Shown here piece by piece: positions 26,896 to 39,564 of a stretch of DNA of 64,000 bases. The stretch's first letter is position 1; every line of letters begins with the position of its first letter. Position numbers and translations under genes: made by a program. Under the pieces are notes generated by a model. The model ran no database searches and was not told the origin of the DNA. It worked only from the letters and a program-made list of their open reading frames with translations. This stretch comes from Vicugna vicugna (lineage: Eukaryota), in contig MU058636.1 of NCBI GenBank assembly GCA_013265495.1, positions 2,666,001-2,730,000 on the forward strand. The letters are read 5' to 3'.

Positions 26896-28381
26896 TGCGC
26901 ACTGCTGCCCTGTGTTTACTTTTTAATCTGAAATTGAGGATACAGTGCACGTTGTCTCAGTGGAGTTTTAATGCTTTTGTTCTGCTTTCATGGTTCAAAT
27001 GCATTCTCCTAACCCTGCTTAGAACCATTTAAAACCTTGCACAGGCCCTTAAAAGAACTGTAGGTCATAAGTTCTGTGTTATGAAACAGCACATTCTTTA
27101 TTTTTCCTTCCTAAATACACTTTGCTTTAGAAACAAAACAAATCTCGTCAATTTTGAACAGACTGTCAGATCTCCAGAGGGAGGAAAGCAGCCAGCTCTT
27201 ACTCGAAGTGGTTGAATAAACCCCCTGGATGTCTGAACGCTAAAGCCATTTTAACAATGTTATCATTTTTATGCAGGCCCTATCTGCATAGAATGTTGTG
27301 ACTATCCTTTTAAAATGATGAAAACAAAAAATTTAATCTTTCCGTGGAAGGCTACGCTTCTAGCTGCCATTGCCTGTTTTCCGTGGCAGATGGGCACGTT
27401 CCTCGCTGGGCAGTTTTATCCCTGACAAGCGGTCATCTCAGGACGCCCAGGCTCTCTATTTAATGAAGGAGATGAGGTCTCTTGGCTGCACATAGAGGTG
27501 TATTTAGAAGATTTATCCGTTAACAGGAAGAGGTGGGGGTGTCATTGCCTTTAAGAGATTACAGACGTGTAAACCACGGTAGCTTTGGAAAGAGCTAGAG
27601 AAAAAATTCAGGCCACAGCCATCCCGTGCATTTACGTCTGACACAAATCCCAGGATGCCCTGTCTTCAGAGCAGTCTGTCATCAACAAGCATGTCCTATA
27701 GACAGAGCGTCTGTTTCTGTGTTGTAGAGTAAACTGAAGTCATCAACAAACATCTGCCTTTGCAGTGAACTGGGGTCACTAATGCAGGGTCCTCTTATTT
27801 GGATGAAGTCTCAGCTTTCCAGACAAAAAGCTTCGTGAGTTTCAAAGAGATTCTCTGTCTCCATGCACCTCGCCCCTCTGCCTTCACCCCAAGCCTCTTA
27901 TTCCAAAGGTAAACTCAGCTGGGTTCCAGGGAGCCCCAGACACACTTCCTTGACTAACGTGCCTACCTGTGTTCTTTCTCTCACCTCCCCTGGGTCACTC
28001 ACACTGTTTTTCAGAAAATGATTGCTCATCTTCCATGAGTTATCAAATAAATGCTTATCATATGCACAGGCAGCTACACATCCACGTAAGTAAACCGTGT
28101 GTGTGCACGCACATGTGTGAAATCTTCAGAGGGGCAAGGCTGCTCTTGGCTTTTGTGGAGCCCCTGGCGTGGGGCTTTGAAGGACAGACTTACATGCAGT
28201 GATGAAAGGGAGCTCTTTCCCCCATCTGGTCACAGAGAAATGCTCTTCAAGGCCACTCACTAGGAGTCAGGTCAAGTTCAAAAGCAGGCGGCGGCATTAG
28301 GGTAGGCAGGCAATTGCACATGGCGAGGAGTCCTTGCATTTTTCATGAAGTTGAAATTAACACGCTGTCTGCCTCCCACAG

Positions 28382-28543
28382 GTTCAACCTTTGGGACCGA
28401 AGACCAGCCAGCTCTGAAGGTGGCTCTGCCTTCCAAAGACACACCCAAGGGGGCCGGTCGGGCGGCCCCTCCAGCCTCTTCCAGTGTGGCAACACCCCGC
28501 AGGAGTTTGCTTCCGGCGCCAAAATCCACGTCCACACCTGCTG
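28382..28543 (+). CDS. MTUS2: MTUS2 internal coding exon (162 bp, phase 1-1): (G)[53 protein letters not shown](G)
   Basis: Acceptor tgtctgcctcccacag| ends at 28381; donor ctg|gtaaga at 28544. The peptide closely matches the Ser/Pro-rich region of human MTUS2 as I recall it ([35 protein letters not shown]...[16 protein letters not shown]). Frame joins the next exon. Confidence 0.93.
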
Positions 28544-30168
28544 GTAAGACTTCCTGCTGTGGAGAAGCTCCGCGGTGGAGTGCCCTTTCTGCATTAAAAA
28601 GCCTTTTGAAAGTCCTCAGGTACTTCGGTTATTTAGATGAGATGACTGATGAGTTTCAGCTGGCATTTTAAATTAATAATAATAGCATGATTTTCAAGGC
28701 ACTTTCATATATTCCTATGTTTAAATTCTCACAACTCCCTCTCTCTCTTCCCCCAACTGGGTAACCCATTTTATCACACAGTTTCCATTGTCAGGAAAAA
28801 CAAAACAAAACAAAAAGATGGGGCTGCTTTAGGCTGGGGGGGGGGGGGCCTCCTGCCTCTGCAGGGATTCAGGGGCTCTGTCTCCCCGGCTGGTTCCAGG
28901 CTCCCACCACCCACGCAGGATCCAGGGATCAGCAGCTGCTGCAGAAAGGCTGACTCCCTACTCTACCCAGGTCAGCAAAGGGGATGCCCGAGCCTCCCCC
29001 ATCCACCACAGGAAACTAGTGACAGACTTGGGGAACTCCGTGGACACAGAGGTGTGACAAATGAAGGTGCTTGTGAGCAGCCGAAGCAGCCCAGTGTGGC
29101 CCCTGACCCGATTCCTCCCGTGGTGTCTCACACGTGTGCATGTTTGCCTGTGGGATGTCCAAGCACGCAGCGTGTAGCTTAGCATTCCATCTTCTACACC
29201 ATAGGAAGACACCCTAAGAGGAAGGGAGACTGGATGGTGAGCCCAAAGCCACTGACTGAAGATGGCTCACCTGTAGGGGTATTTATCCCCCCATATCTTC
29301 CTTCTGTGCTCATGTAATCAGATCCCAGTGGACACACAGACGGGCTTGTGTGGGTTTCTGAAGGCAAGGCTGCGTCGTGCCCATCTTCCCACGGTGTTGT
29401 TTCCCTTACTCAGAGTGCGTCGCTAAACTGCCTGCAAGTCAGCATAGGCCTCCGTCTCCCAGAGGCCGCCTGAGGCGGCTGTACCATGACTGAGTCAACC
29501 ATTCCCCCGCTGCGGGGCATGCGCTTTGTAACCAGTGTCTGCCACTGTAAACAGTGCTTCAGTGATGTCCTCAGAAGGATGGCATTCTTTCTACAGGAAT
29601 GGCCCCCACCAGTGGGATCGCTGTGTCTGATGCCTTGATAGATGTTAAGTAGATTCCTTTCCAAAGAGGACACAGTGCTGCACACTTCCACCCGTATGCC
29701 TGCTAGGAATAGATCTTTCCCTTTTCAAAATTTTGTCCATTTGATGGGAGTGAAATACCATCGCAACATTACTTTAACTTGCATTTCCCTGACCACTCCG
29801 CTCGCTGGAGCCCCTTGCCCTTCAGTGGAGTAGCACCTTGTAATCCCCTTTGGTAAGACGTAAATGGACTGGTTTAGTGTTGTTCTTCCTCAGTGGAAGG
29901 AAAGCTCCTGAGGTCAGTGACCTTGTCTGTTTTACTCAGCACAGTATCCCCGCTGCCCACCCCAGGGTCCCCAGTGGCTGACTCACAGTGGCTACTTAAC
30001 ATCTATTTGTTCCTGGTTGGATGAATCCACGAATCAATGACTGAACGTCCCAGGCATTTGACTCTTTCTGTTCCAGTTTATTAACAGTTTGGCCTTGGTT
30101 TAAATAGAAAATAATTAGGCGGGCCTATAGTACAGTTCAAATACAGCTGGTGAATCGATCCTGTAGAT

Positions 30169-30355
30169 CAGTACTGATCAAATTTTAGTGCATCGAGTCG
30201 CCCAGAAGGCTTCTTGTTAAAACAGATTACTGGGCCACATCCCAGAGCATCTCATTCAGCAGGTCTGGGGCCGGGCCTGAGAGTTTGCATTTCTAGCAGA
30301 TTCCCAAGGCGATGCTGCCGCTTCTAGTCCAGGCGTCACACTTTGTGAACCGCTG
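30169..30355. mobile_element. MER5A (hAT-Charlie)
   Basis: cttgttaaaacagattactgggccacatcccagagcatctcattcagcaggtctggggccgggcctgagagtttgcatttctagcag...cacactttgtgaaccgctg. Confidence 0.82.
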
Positions 30356-30369
30356 TTACAAAACGATGG

Positions 30370-31460
30370 GCTAGGATTTCAACAGATGGTTCTTAGGAAA
30401 AGAAATGCTGAGAGGTCTCAGCCATATGAAAAGCCAGTCAGTGTCACTCATAACAAGAAAAACATAAAGTAAAACTACAATGGACTACGTTCTCTTACCT
30501 GTTAGGCAAAAATCCAGAAGTTTGAAAACGTTTGTGAAGTTGCAGGGAGAGGGGCATTCTCATACATATTCTGGTGGGAATATAAAATAGGACAACTCCT
30601 TTGGAAGAGAATTGGCAATATCTATTAACAAAATCACATATGCATTTTTCCTTTGACCTAGCAGCCCCACCTCCAGAAATCTTTCCCAAAGGTAGACTGG
30701 CAAAACAGAATGCTCAGAATGATTCACTGCAGCACTGTTTGAAATGACTAAAAACTGAAAACAGCTCAGCAGTCCATTCATAGGGGACTAGCTAAATGGA
30801 TGGCGATACATCCCCAGGATACAGGACTACACAGCTGTTAAATGAACGGGGAAAGCTCTCTATGGACGATGATTTTTGGGATCTATCATTGAGTGATAAA
30901 AGCAAGATGGAGAAAAGTGTGTAGAGGAAGCTAACCTTTTATCTAAACAACAGGGACATCGTATGTATAATTAAATATATATTTGCTTATATTAAGAAAA
31001 AGCAATAGAAGAATAAACTCTGAAATTGAAAAAAATTAGTATCTTTAAGGGAAAAGAAGGAACAGCATGGAGGGAGTCGGGGCAGAAGCTAGACTTTGAA
31101 TACACCTTGTTTTGTAGATTTGACTTTGAAATTACATAAATATTTCACACAATGATAAATTAGCATTGAATTTTAAAAGATGATATCTAAAAATCAAAAG
31201 TACGATTAAACAAATAAAAGTAATTGCATGGCCTGTTGGCAACATAAACACACAGAGAAGACCTATTCTGAGTGACTTTAAAACAGTAATTTTATTTTTC
31301 CTCCCTAATAGTATATGCCTATGTTCACAAAAATTGCAAAAAAAAAAAAAAAACTTTAACTGTTTTCAGTATTTACATTATTGGTGATAGTGTGAATGTA
31401 GTGATTCTGAATCTGCTATTATTCTGAATTTGTGTATTATGGAATAAATGAAAGAGAGGT
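30370..31460 (+). mobile_element. Ancient L1 3' portion (L1MC4-like)
   Basis: cattctcatacatattctggtgggaatataaaatagg...ccctttgacctagcagccccac...cactgcagcactgtttgaaatgactaaaaactgaaaac followed by a long 3' UTR. Confidence 0.7.
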
Positions 31461-31499
31461 ATTATGGGATGAACTCATCTGAAATTTACCTTTTATGTA

Positions 31500-31685
31500 T
31501 ATATTTTTTATTGAAGCATAGTCAGTGTAAGCACAAGAGTTCAGTCAAACATATACATACATTGATTCCCTTTCATATTTGTTTTCATTATAGGTTACTG
31601 TAAGATACTGAATATAGTTCCTTCTCTGTGCTATACAGTACAAACTTGTTATTTGTCTATTTATGTATAGCAATATCTGCAAATT
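31500..31685 (-). mobile_element. Short young L1 3' end
   Basis: ttttttattgaagcatagtcag...ttcattataggttactgtaagatactgaatatagttcc...tgtgctatacagta. Confidence 0.82.
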
Positions 31686-31869
31686 TCCATCTCTCAATTC
31701 ATTTAATTCTTAATATTTACTTACTGGTTAAAAAGCAGCCAAGTTTTCTATGCCATGTTCCCTTTGGGCTGGGTTTGCCCTGGAAACAGGTGACACCATG
31801 GTGGCCCTTTCTCTGCTGGAACGTTCCTTCCCCCAAGACGGGCCCCATCCCACTTCATGCAATATCCTT

Positions 31870-32123
31870 CCTTCCCTGATTCTGACTCTGGTTAACGTCT
31901 GTTTCTCCTTCAGGTCTTGACCTAAGCATCGCCTCTTCAGGGACCTTCCCCTTTAGAGCTCATATTATCACCAGTATCGTTATCTCATAATTTCTGTGAT
32001 TGTCTAATGTCTTTCTAGCCCCCATCCATGCAGGCATGCGTGGTTTGCTCACCCTCAGATCCTGAGTACCAAGAGTGCTTGGCACAAAACAGGCACTTAA
32101 CAAATACCTGTTGAATGAATGAA
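31870..32123 (+). mobile_element. L2 3' end
   Basis: gtgcttggcacaaaacaggcacttaacaaatacctgttgaatgaatgaa, L2 terminal signature. Confidence 0.7.
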
Positions 32124-35100
32124 AGTTAACCCCCTTCCTAATGTTTTGGGGGCATATGCCACTCTGAGCAGGGGCAGGTGGTTACCATATTGAAGCAGTG
32201 GAACAGACCAGCTCCTGAGGACAAGTGGGAGTCACGCCTTTCCCCATGTCCTAGGACAGGCTCCAGCAGATGCCCCGAGGACCCCACCTGTTCCACATCT
32301 CTTGTGCCCCTGCCACGAGGTTGGCGTCTTATGCACTGATGGCAAATTACGGAGGTCTCGCCGGGGAGAAGCAGCTGACAGCTGCCCCCAGTCACACCTC
32401 TCTTCCTCCTCTTTCTCCCCATTACTATTAGTTCTGCCAGCCTCACTCTGTTAGATGCAGCCTTCTTCTCCAGGGTCTGTGTGGGGTGGAGGCAGCCCCA
32501 GTCACTGGAGGACTGGGTGAGACAGGCAATGGACAGAGGTCCTGAGTCTTAGCCCACGTCTGCTTGGGAACTGATTTCAGTGATGCCCTAAGGCTCTGAA
32601 TTTTCAGAAGACATAAAACTTCCTACACATTTTCCCATTATTGAAACGAGGAGGTGCGAGGGTGTCTTAGAACAGGCGTAACAACCACCATTTGCTAGGC
32701 GGCGGCCCCACACCAGCCGCTGTGTAGGCCCTCGGCTGTGGCCCCGGGGCCCGCTGCAGGCTGGCTGCCCCTCGCCTTCCCGGCACTGCTCGCCGGTGAC
32801 CGCCGTCCTGGCTCAGCCCAGCCGGCCCCACCAGGTGGTGAGGTTGCAGTGCTAGCTGGTCTAAGGTGCGCTTCATCCTTCTTTCCCCATCGTCAGGAGA
32901 ACAAGAGAAGAGAAGAGAGGCCGCGTTTGTTTTGCTCCTCGGCCTGGGGGAGGGGGGAAGGAGACCACACACGTCGCCTGAAAACCCAGAGAAAATGGAA
33001 CTGAGTGACCAGGGGAGGGCGTGGATTGGGAAAATGAAGCAGAAAGCTCATTTTAGAGATTTCAGGACTTTCTCTTTTAGGTTTTATCGAACTCCAACAC
33101 CTAGCCCTTCCTGGTATTTCAAAATTGTTAAAAGATACATTTTTATTACTGAACGTTAGCTTTGCATTTATTCCACTGGTTTGCATTTTTAATTTTTAAA
33201 AATCTAGTTTCTTCAACAAAATCAGCTTTCACATTGCCTTGTTCTGTCTTCAAGCTAATTAAAAAGCAGAAGGCAGGCATCCAGATCACAGTTAAATTGC
33301 AGATAATTGGATTTCTTGGGACTGTGAGGTGTCTGGGTTATTTTAATTACTTAGGCGTTCCAACTCTTGTTTTCACCGATGCTGCTGGAAAACATTTCTG
33401 AACTGTGATGCTTCGCATCTTCCCCTTGGTGATTCCAGGCTAACGATGGCTGAGCTTTCGCATCTTTGGGTTGTCTGCTCAATTACTGTCACCCGCAATT
33501 GTAGACGTGACATGTGCCCACAACGGAACACACCCTGGGAATGCTCAGGCCCCTTCCTTTAACTTAGATTTCTGATGTGAGCTTTTATGTGGCTGGCTTT
33601 CTTCTGATTCCGTCATTCAGCAAACATTTAAGTGCTTGCTTGAAGTCATAGGTGACTTGGATTAGAACAGCCCTTACCCGGGAGGGGCCCACAATAAGAC
33701 AAACAGATTTGTATAAGAGTAATCAGAGTGAGAGCCGGAGACGCATAATCTCATCAGCCGGTTGCCAGTTAATTCCAACAGACCAGGAATTCGTAGTAAG
33801 ACGGCTTAAGAAACACATGGACTGAAAAAGCTTAAATTAAATATAACACGCTTTTAAAATTATTTAATCACTAGTTATTATTTAATTATTTTCTAATTTA
33901 TTTATTATGTAATCACTTCCTAACTTCGGAAAAGTTACAAGGCAGCTTCCAGTAAAGAGCACAGAATAACAGAGGCACAAGGATAAAAATCCAAGTCATA
34001 AAAAGAGAGAAGCCCGACAAAATTAGGCCCAGAGCTTCCTGGCTGTGAGGGTGAAGAAGAACCACAGTCATGGAAAGAGAAAAGAGGGTACCATTGAACA
34101 GAAGAGAGAACTGATTTTTTAGCACAAACGTGTAAGATTTTAATTCTCTGAATTAAAGCAAAATTATGTTGAACAACATAATGGACAGTAACTTTGTGTG
34201 TTTCAAACAAATCTTTTCTGATAATAAAAGAATTAGAAAGTAGTTTAAAATTTTGGAATAGGGAAAGCCTTTCTAAACATGATGCTTACACATTCTTACT
34301 CAGTTAGGGGCCAATTAATGACATGTCACTGAAATAAATACATTGAAATATAAAGCTTAGAGATTAAGTCTTCTTTCTGGAACATCGCTAGTTACCACAC
34401 ATACAGTGCCCCAGATCCCCTAAAATAATTTTGTGTTCTGTCCATTCCTCTCCTGCCCTGGGTTACTGGACACAGGTTGAGAACAAATGCACTTGATTAA
34501 GCGTGTTTGCAGGTGCAAACTGTGATCCACTCCTGTCATATCTCTTCCTGTAAGTTAATAATGAGCATTGCCTCACTGACATCAGCGTGATGACAGTGGA
34601 AAGTGTTGTGGGTTTAGTGCTAATTGTTAAAAAAAAAAAGAAAAAGCACTAAACATCTCCATGGCTGTGTAAAGGGGGAGAATTGTGGAATCTTAGCCTT
34701 GGTCTTTCAGTGATTCTTTTTCTCAAAATTTTCATGACAAACTTTTCTGTTGTTTGTATGTCAAATACAACATCTTACCAGGGCACTGAGCCGTTTAATT
34801 TTACACAAGTAATCGGGCTTTGCCCATTGACTTTTCTGACTGGTTTGCAGCTGTCATAGCAAGTAGGAAAGTATTTTCAGTTGAAATGTTGATCTGAAGA
34901 TAGATTACTTCTTGGTCAATATGACTTATGAGTCTGTCATGTTGACATGATGTATTAAAGGAAATAAAGTTCCTTTCTTCAGACTAAGATATAAAAGGAT
35001 TTCCCATGTTTTATAGAAGATGAACAGCTGATGTCTTCTTGTTTGGCTTCCTCTCTCCCTAAGGCAAAAAAATCTCTGGGAATAGTGAGTATGTTACTTT

Positions 35101-35919
35101 GTGGGCTACAGAAACTCCACTTGGGTCACAAAAATTAATTTTACTTCTTTGGAAGCAGATTACTATTCTGCATTAAATTCCACATGTTTTGGTATTTCTG
35201 GGCACATTATAATTTAAAAATACAAGTAGCGTGTCAGCATCATCAGAGTCTGTTTCCTTTGACTTTCAGGGTTCTGGAAACCGCTGCTCTGGGAGGTTCT
35301 CCCTGCCTTCCCTCTGAGCATCAGCTCTCCTTTCTCTGGGCGCATCGAAGCTTGCTGAGATAAAATATTCTGCTTTAGGAAAAGATAGGACAGGTGAAGG
35401 GGTCACTTTACCCCTGGAGTCTTGGGGTGAGACTTGAAGGAGGCAAGTTCAAAGCCATTAGGCTGCACTGGGCTCCTGAGTACAGATGGCGTGACTGTTT
35501 GGTGTTGGCTGAGTTCTCCCTGAGGCTGAGTCCCTATTCCTGTCCCAACTTCGACTCATCTCGGCCATTGTGAAGCCAGCAGGGGAACCAGTGATAGGTT
35601 GAGGATAGAGGAGTTTACAGGAGATTAGAAGTATTAGAAAGAACTTTTGTGGGAGAGAAATAAAGGCAATACATGTGAGACCCATTCCTTTGCATGCGGT
35701 CACAGAGGCAGGAAAATATGGCGGGATGACGGCTGGGATGACTGTCCGTTTCATCACTGTTCAGAGGGCGGCATTTGTGGGTGTCCAGGAAGGGCCGTTT
35801 GCTGGTCTTTCCAGGGTGGGGAGGTTCCTCGCCCCTTGCGGCCGGCCAGGAGGCACTGTGAATCACAAGCTGTGACACCAGAGTCACAGGGAGTGACGTC
35901 AGTGGGAAGTGGATGGGCA

Positions 35920-36230
35920 GCCATTCATTTAGCAGATATTTACAGAGCACCTTCTTTGAGCTGAGCACTGTGCTGGACACCCGGGGATGCCCTGATGAAC
36001 GAGACAGACAGAGTCTTTGTTGCTGCAGAGCGGATGGTCCAATAGGAGAGAGAAACATCAGACTCATACTTACACACGTGCTTGTTTAACTAGTTATGCT
36101 GAGTATACAGTGGAGGGGTATCATACAGATTTAGCGCAGTGTGCAAAAGTCACTCAGGCAGAGACCTAACGGGTGAGTCAAAGTTGCCAGACGGCGATGG
36201 TGGAGAACGGCGTTGCATGCAGGTGAACAG
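35920..36230 (-). mobile_element. L2 3' end
   Basis: cattcatttagcagatatttacagagcacc...agcactgtgctggacacc...agacagacagagtc, reverse L2 terminus. Confidence 0.7.
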
Positions 36231-37629
36231 GTGGATTCCCTCTTTGTGAATATCAGAGGTTCCCACGCTCCCTGCCCTTAAAATCTGGGACTTGGGATGC
36301 TAACATTTCGATGCCTTGTTAATTGGAAAATACACACCCTCCTTTCCCCTTCCCAACCCTTTTATGGAGGAACTCACAAACTGTGAAATGGTCAAAAGAC
36401 AGACAACATGAAAAAAAAGTGTCCAGAAACTTCAGAGCTGCTTCATCAATGTCTGATTCTCCTGGTGCGTCCACCCTGGCCGTAACCATGGCACAAACGC
36501 TGCCCCTTCAGCAGGTCGTTGGGAGAGTTTGGTTTTTTGCGTGTGTGGACACTTGGGTTGAACTTTCTAATAACCTCACCCTCTACTGCCGGGTTAGTGG
36601 CCTCAGAGGCTGTTTAACAGTTATCATCGCAAAGCCACAGAATGATCCAAGTGAAGGACAAGACACACTTAGCTTTCTCTGCTATGCCATTTAAATTCTT
36701 GCATTGAACAGTGGCACGAATAATATTTTTGATCCGTTTGAGAAGTGCTATAGGACACGCGCGTTGTACCAGAGAGTTTATAAAATGCGGGGACTCGGCG
36801 TTTTGCTGTTGAGCCCCCTGCAGGCTGGTGTGAAACCTTAGGGCACAAAAAAGCTACCTCTCACTTAAGAGTGTAGACACGTATTCTATCTCAAAGACTG
36901 CACACCTGGTATTTTGCCCACTCAGCTTGTCAGCCTCGAAGAGCTATGGGAGCTGGTCCAGCAGTAATTAATGCAAATGGGCTTATAGAGCCGTGTTTTC
37001 CACCGTGGTTTCTGACATTTCTGTGCCTCAGAACTCTGCCTACTGTACGATAAATGCATTGTTACGCAAATTCCTACCGTGGTACAGTCCCATCTCTTAG
37101 CGTGAGAGCATGGAACTTTTAATTATATGTCAGCGATTAAAACTTTACAGTTCTTTCCAGATTTATATATTTTACTAGCTACCTTACATTGATGAAATAC
37201 CAAATACTAATTACTGTTTTGGGCCGGGGAGGGGGCTAGAAAAAATGCAAATATAATCAGAAAGAGACAAATGCCAGCCAGCCATTTTCTAACATAACTG
37301 GAAAAGAAATACTCATTTCTTGGACGTTGTGGAGTCTTCAAATTGGTCATCTTTAATCCGTTCTCACAGCTGCTGTGACCGACGTCAGCCAGAACCCACC
37401 TGCTCGGGCTGCCGGCCTGCAGAGCTGCTGTGCCCATGACCTGCGAAAAAATACCCAAGGGTCCAAAGTTACAGGACGCTTATTTTATTCATTTGCTACA
37501 TTGTTTTAGGTTTAAAAATCCGGACACCTTGGACATATTTCTGTTGCCTCATGACTTTGTTCCCATGAGTGGAATAACTTTATTAATAAGCCGCAATTAA
37601 TTGATAGTTTTCGTCACATAGACTTTGGA

Positions 37630-38050
37630 TGGTAGAGCAAACAGGGAATGAGCCTCGAAGTTAGACCCACTAATAGTCGTGAGAGCTTGATTCAATTACT
37701 TAACCTCTCAAACCTCGGATTCCTCATTGCGAAAAGAAGAATCGCACCAGTATCATTCTGTACTGATATCATTCACTAGCACAGTGCTTATAATCCACAG
37801 GTTCTAGACAAGTATTTGTGATGATTGAGTTAATATTGCTAGTAAGTACCATTTTTGCATGCTTAGTGCCTGGCATTATGTGAAGCACTTTTAATGCACC
37901 GTGCCACTTTATTCTCACTATAGTCTTGTGGTAGCTGCTGTTGTCATCACTCACTTTACCCGGGAGGAAACAAAGGCTCAGGGAGGTTAAGTTACCTGCC
38001 CAAGGTCACACAGCTAAAGACACAGTAGAGCTGGGGGTCCCAGCCTTAAA
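37630..38050. mobile_element. Two MIRs in opposite orientation
   Basis: Forward core ttacttaacctctcaaacctcggattcctcatt (~37695) and reverse core gaggaaacaaaggctcagggaggttaagttacctgcccaaggtcacacagcta (~37963). Confidence 0.7.
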
Positions 38051-38269
38051 CAGATATGCTAGTGTATGCTAATCACCCTCCCCATCCTGCCTTTACTTCC
38101 ACCTCCAACTTAAAAATAACTTACAACCACAGCTCTGTTTTGTAGTGGCTCCTGTTTCCATTGTGAGTTATCATTTACCAAGTTAGTAATTAGTTTACAT
38201 GTTGAAAAAAATTATAGATGAATAGTATCATAAAGATGATCATAACATAATCTGCTTTAAAAAAGGTTG

Positions 38270-38410
38270 TAACCTTTATATACAATTTTATATAATTATA
38301 TAAATGTAAATATAATATATAAACATAATACAAATATATGTAATATGTATCAATACAATATATAAATATAAATAATATAAATATAATAAATATAATTTTA
38401 CATAATTTTG
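38270..38410. repeat. AT-rich low-complexity tract
   Basis: Degenerate (TATAA/ATATA)n. Confidence 0.8.
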
Positions 38411-38479
38411 TAAAATTACGTTACAAGTAACCCTTACAGGTCAGCGCAAAAAAAAGTAACAAAAAGACTTGCCCAACAC

Positions 38480-39053
38480 CCCACAAAAGAAAAAAATCGA
38501 ATGTCCAATACGCTTAAATACACTTATGAAAAGGGTGCTAAACTTCATCAGTGACCAGGAGAAGGCAGTTTAAATCACATGAGTTGTGTACGCATCACAA
38601 TGGCAACATTTTCAAATCTGACCTTCCAAAGTGTTGGTGGAGAGGGTGTGCATGAAGAACACAGACACAGTCCTGCCAGGGAAACAGGGGAATGGGCACA
38701 GCCACTTTGGAAAACAAGGCAGTGTTGCCTACTTTAAGTTCACTTATGCCTTAAGTGAAGAATTCTGCTTGTTGGTACATGAGAATGCATCTACAAATGT
38801 GTCAGGAGACATGGACAAGCAAAGTTAGAGAACTGCTTATTATTGCTCAAGACTGGAAGTGGAAGCAACTCAATTTTCCATCAACGGTAGAATAAGCCAA
38901 CACATTGTGATACATGCATGCAACAGAATGCCGTTTGGCAATGAGCGTGACCTAGTGCTGCACGCTGTAATGCTGGGTGAGAATGAGTGCAATGTTTAGT
39001 GAAGAGTGGTAGGCAGCAGAATGCATGCAGTGTGATTTCACTGATACAACAAC
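38480..39053 (+). mobile_element. Ancient L1ME-like 3' fragment
   Basis: gctaaacttcatcagtgaccaggagaaggcag...cagccactttggaaaacaaggcag...gaagcaactcaattttccatcaacggtagaat. Confidence 0.65.
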
Positions 39054-39343
39054 ACATTGATTGTTAGTGTAAAGAAGTGCAGCAGATTTCTGTGGGTTAA
39101 TCTTTATCCTGCTACCTTGCTGAATTCGTTTATCAGTTCTAGTAGTTTTTTATATGGAGTCCTTAGGTTTTCTATGTATAGTATCATTTCATCTGCATAT
39201 AATGACAGTTTTACCTCTTTCCTTCCAATTTGGATATCTTCTATTTCTTTTTCTTGTCTGATTGCTGTGGCTAGGACTTCCAGTACAAAGTTGAATAGAA
39301 GTCGTGGGAGTGGGCAATCTTGATCTGTCATTTTAGCCAGAGA
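39054..39343 (-). mobile_element. Internal fragment of a young L1 ORF2 reverse-transcriptase domain
   Basis: Minus-strand peptide [72 protein letters not shown] is the L1 RT QGCPLSP...(F/Y)ADD region. Confidence 0.92.
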
Positions 39344-39496
39344 ACTTAGTTTAAACTATGAACAATATGAGCCACAAACACTTTAACTTCCTGTTTGCTT
39401 TCTCTTTTTTTCATTAGTCATCATTTCCATTCATTCAACCTCAATCAGCTTCCCATTTATAAAAAAGAAGTAATATATGTATATATTGCTTATATA

Positions 39497-39564
39497 AATA
39501 AGTCCGCTGTTCAATTAAATGCTTGTGATATCACAATCACATTTAATTGAACAATGGACTTATT
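39497..39564. repeat. 68-nt near-perfect inverted repeat
   Basis: Arm aataagtccgctgttcaattaaatg vs reverse complement of catttaattgaacaatggacttatt (23/25 identical); centre holds the perfect palindrome ttgtgatatcacaa. Confidence 0.9.

Noticed and set aside
26058..26950. ORFs resembling protein domains
   Set aside because: Frameshifted L1 ORF2 remnants and their antisense; not host genes.
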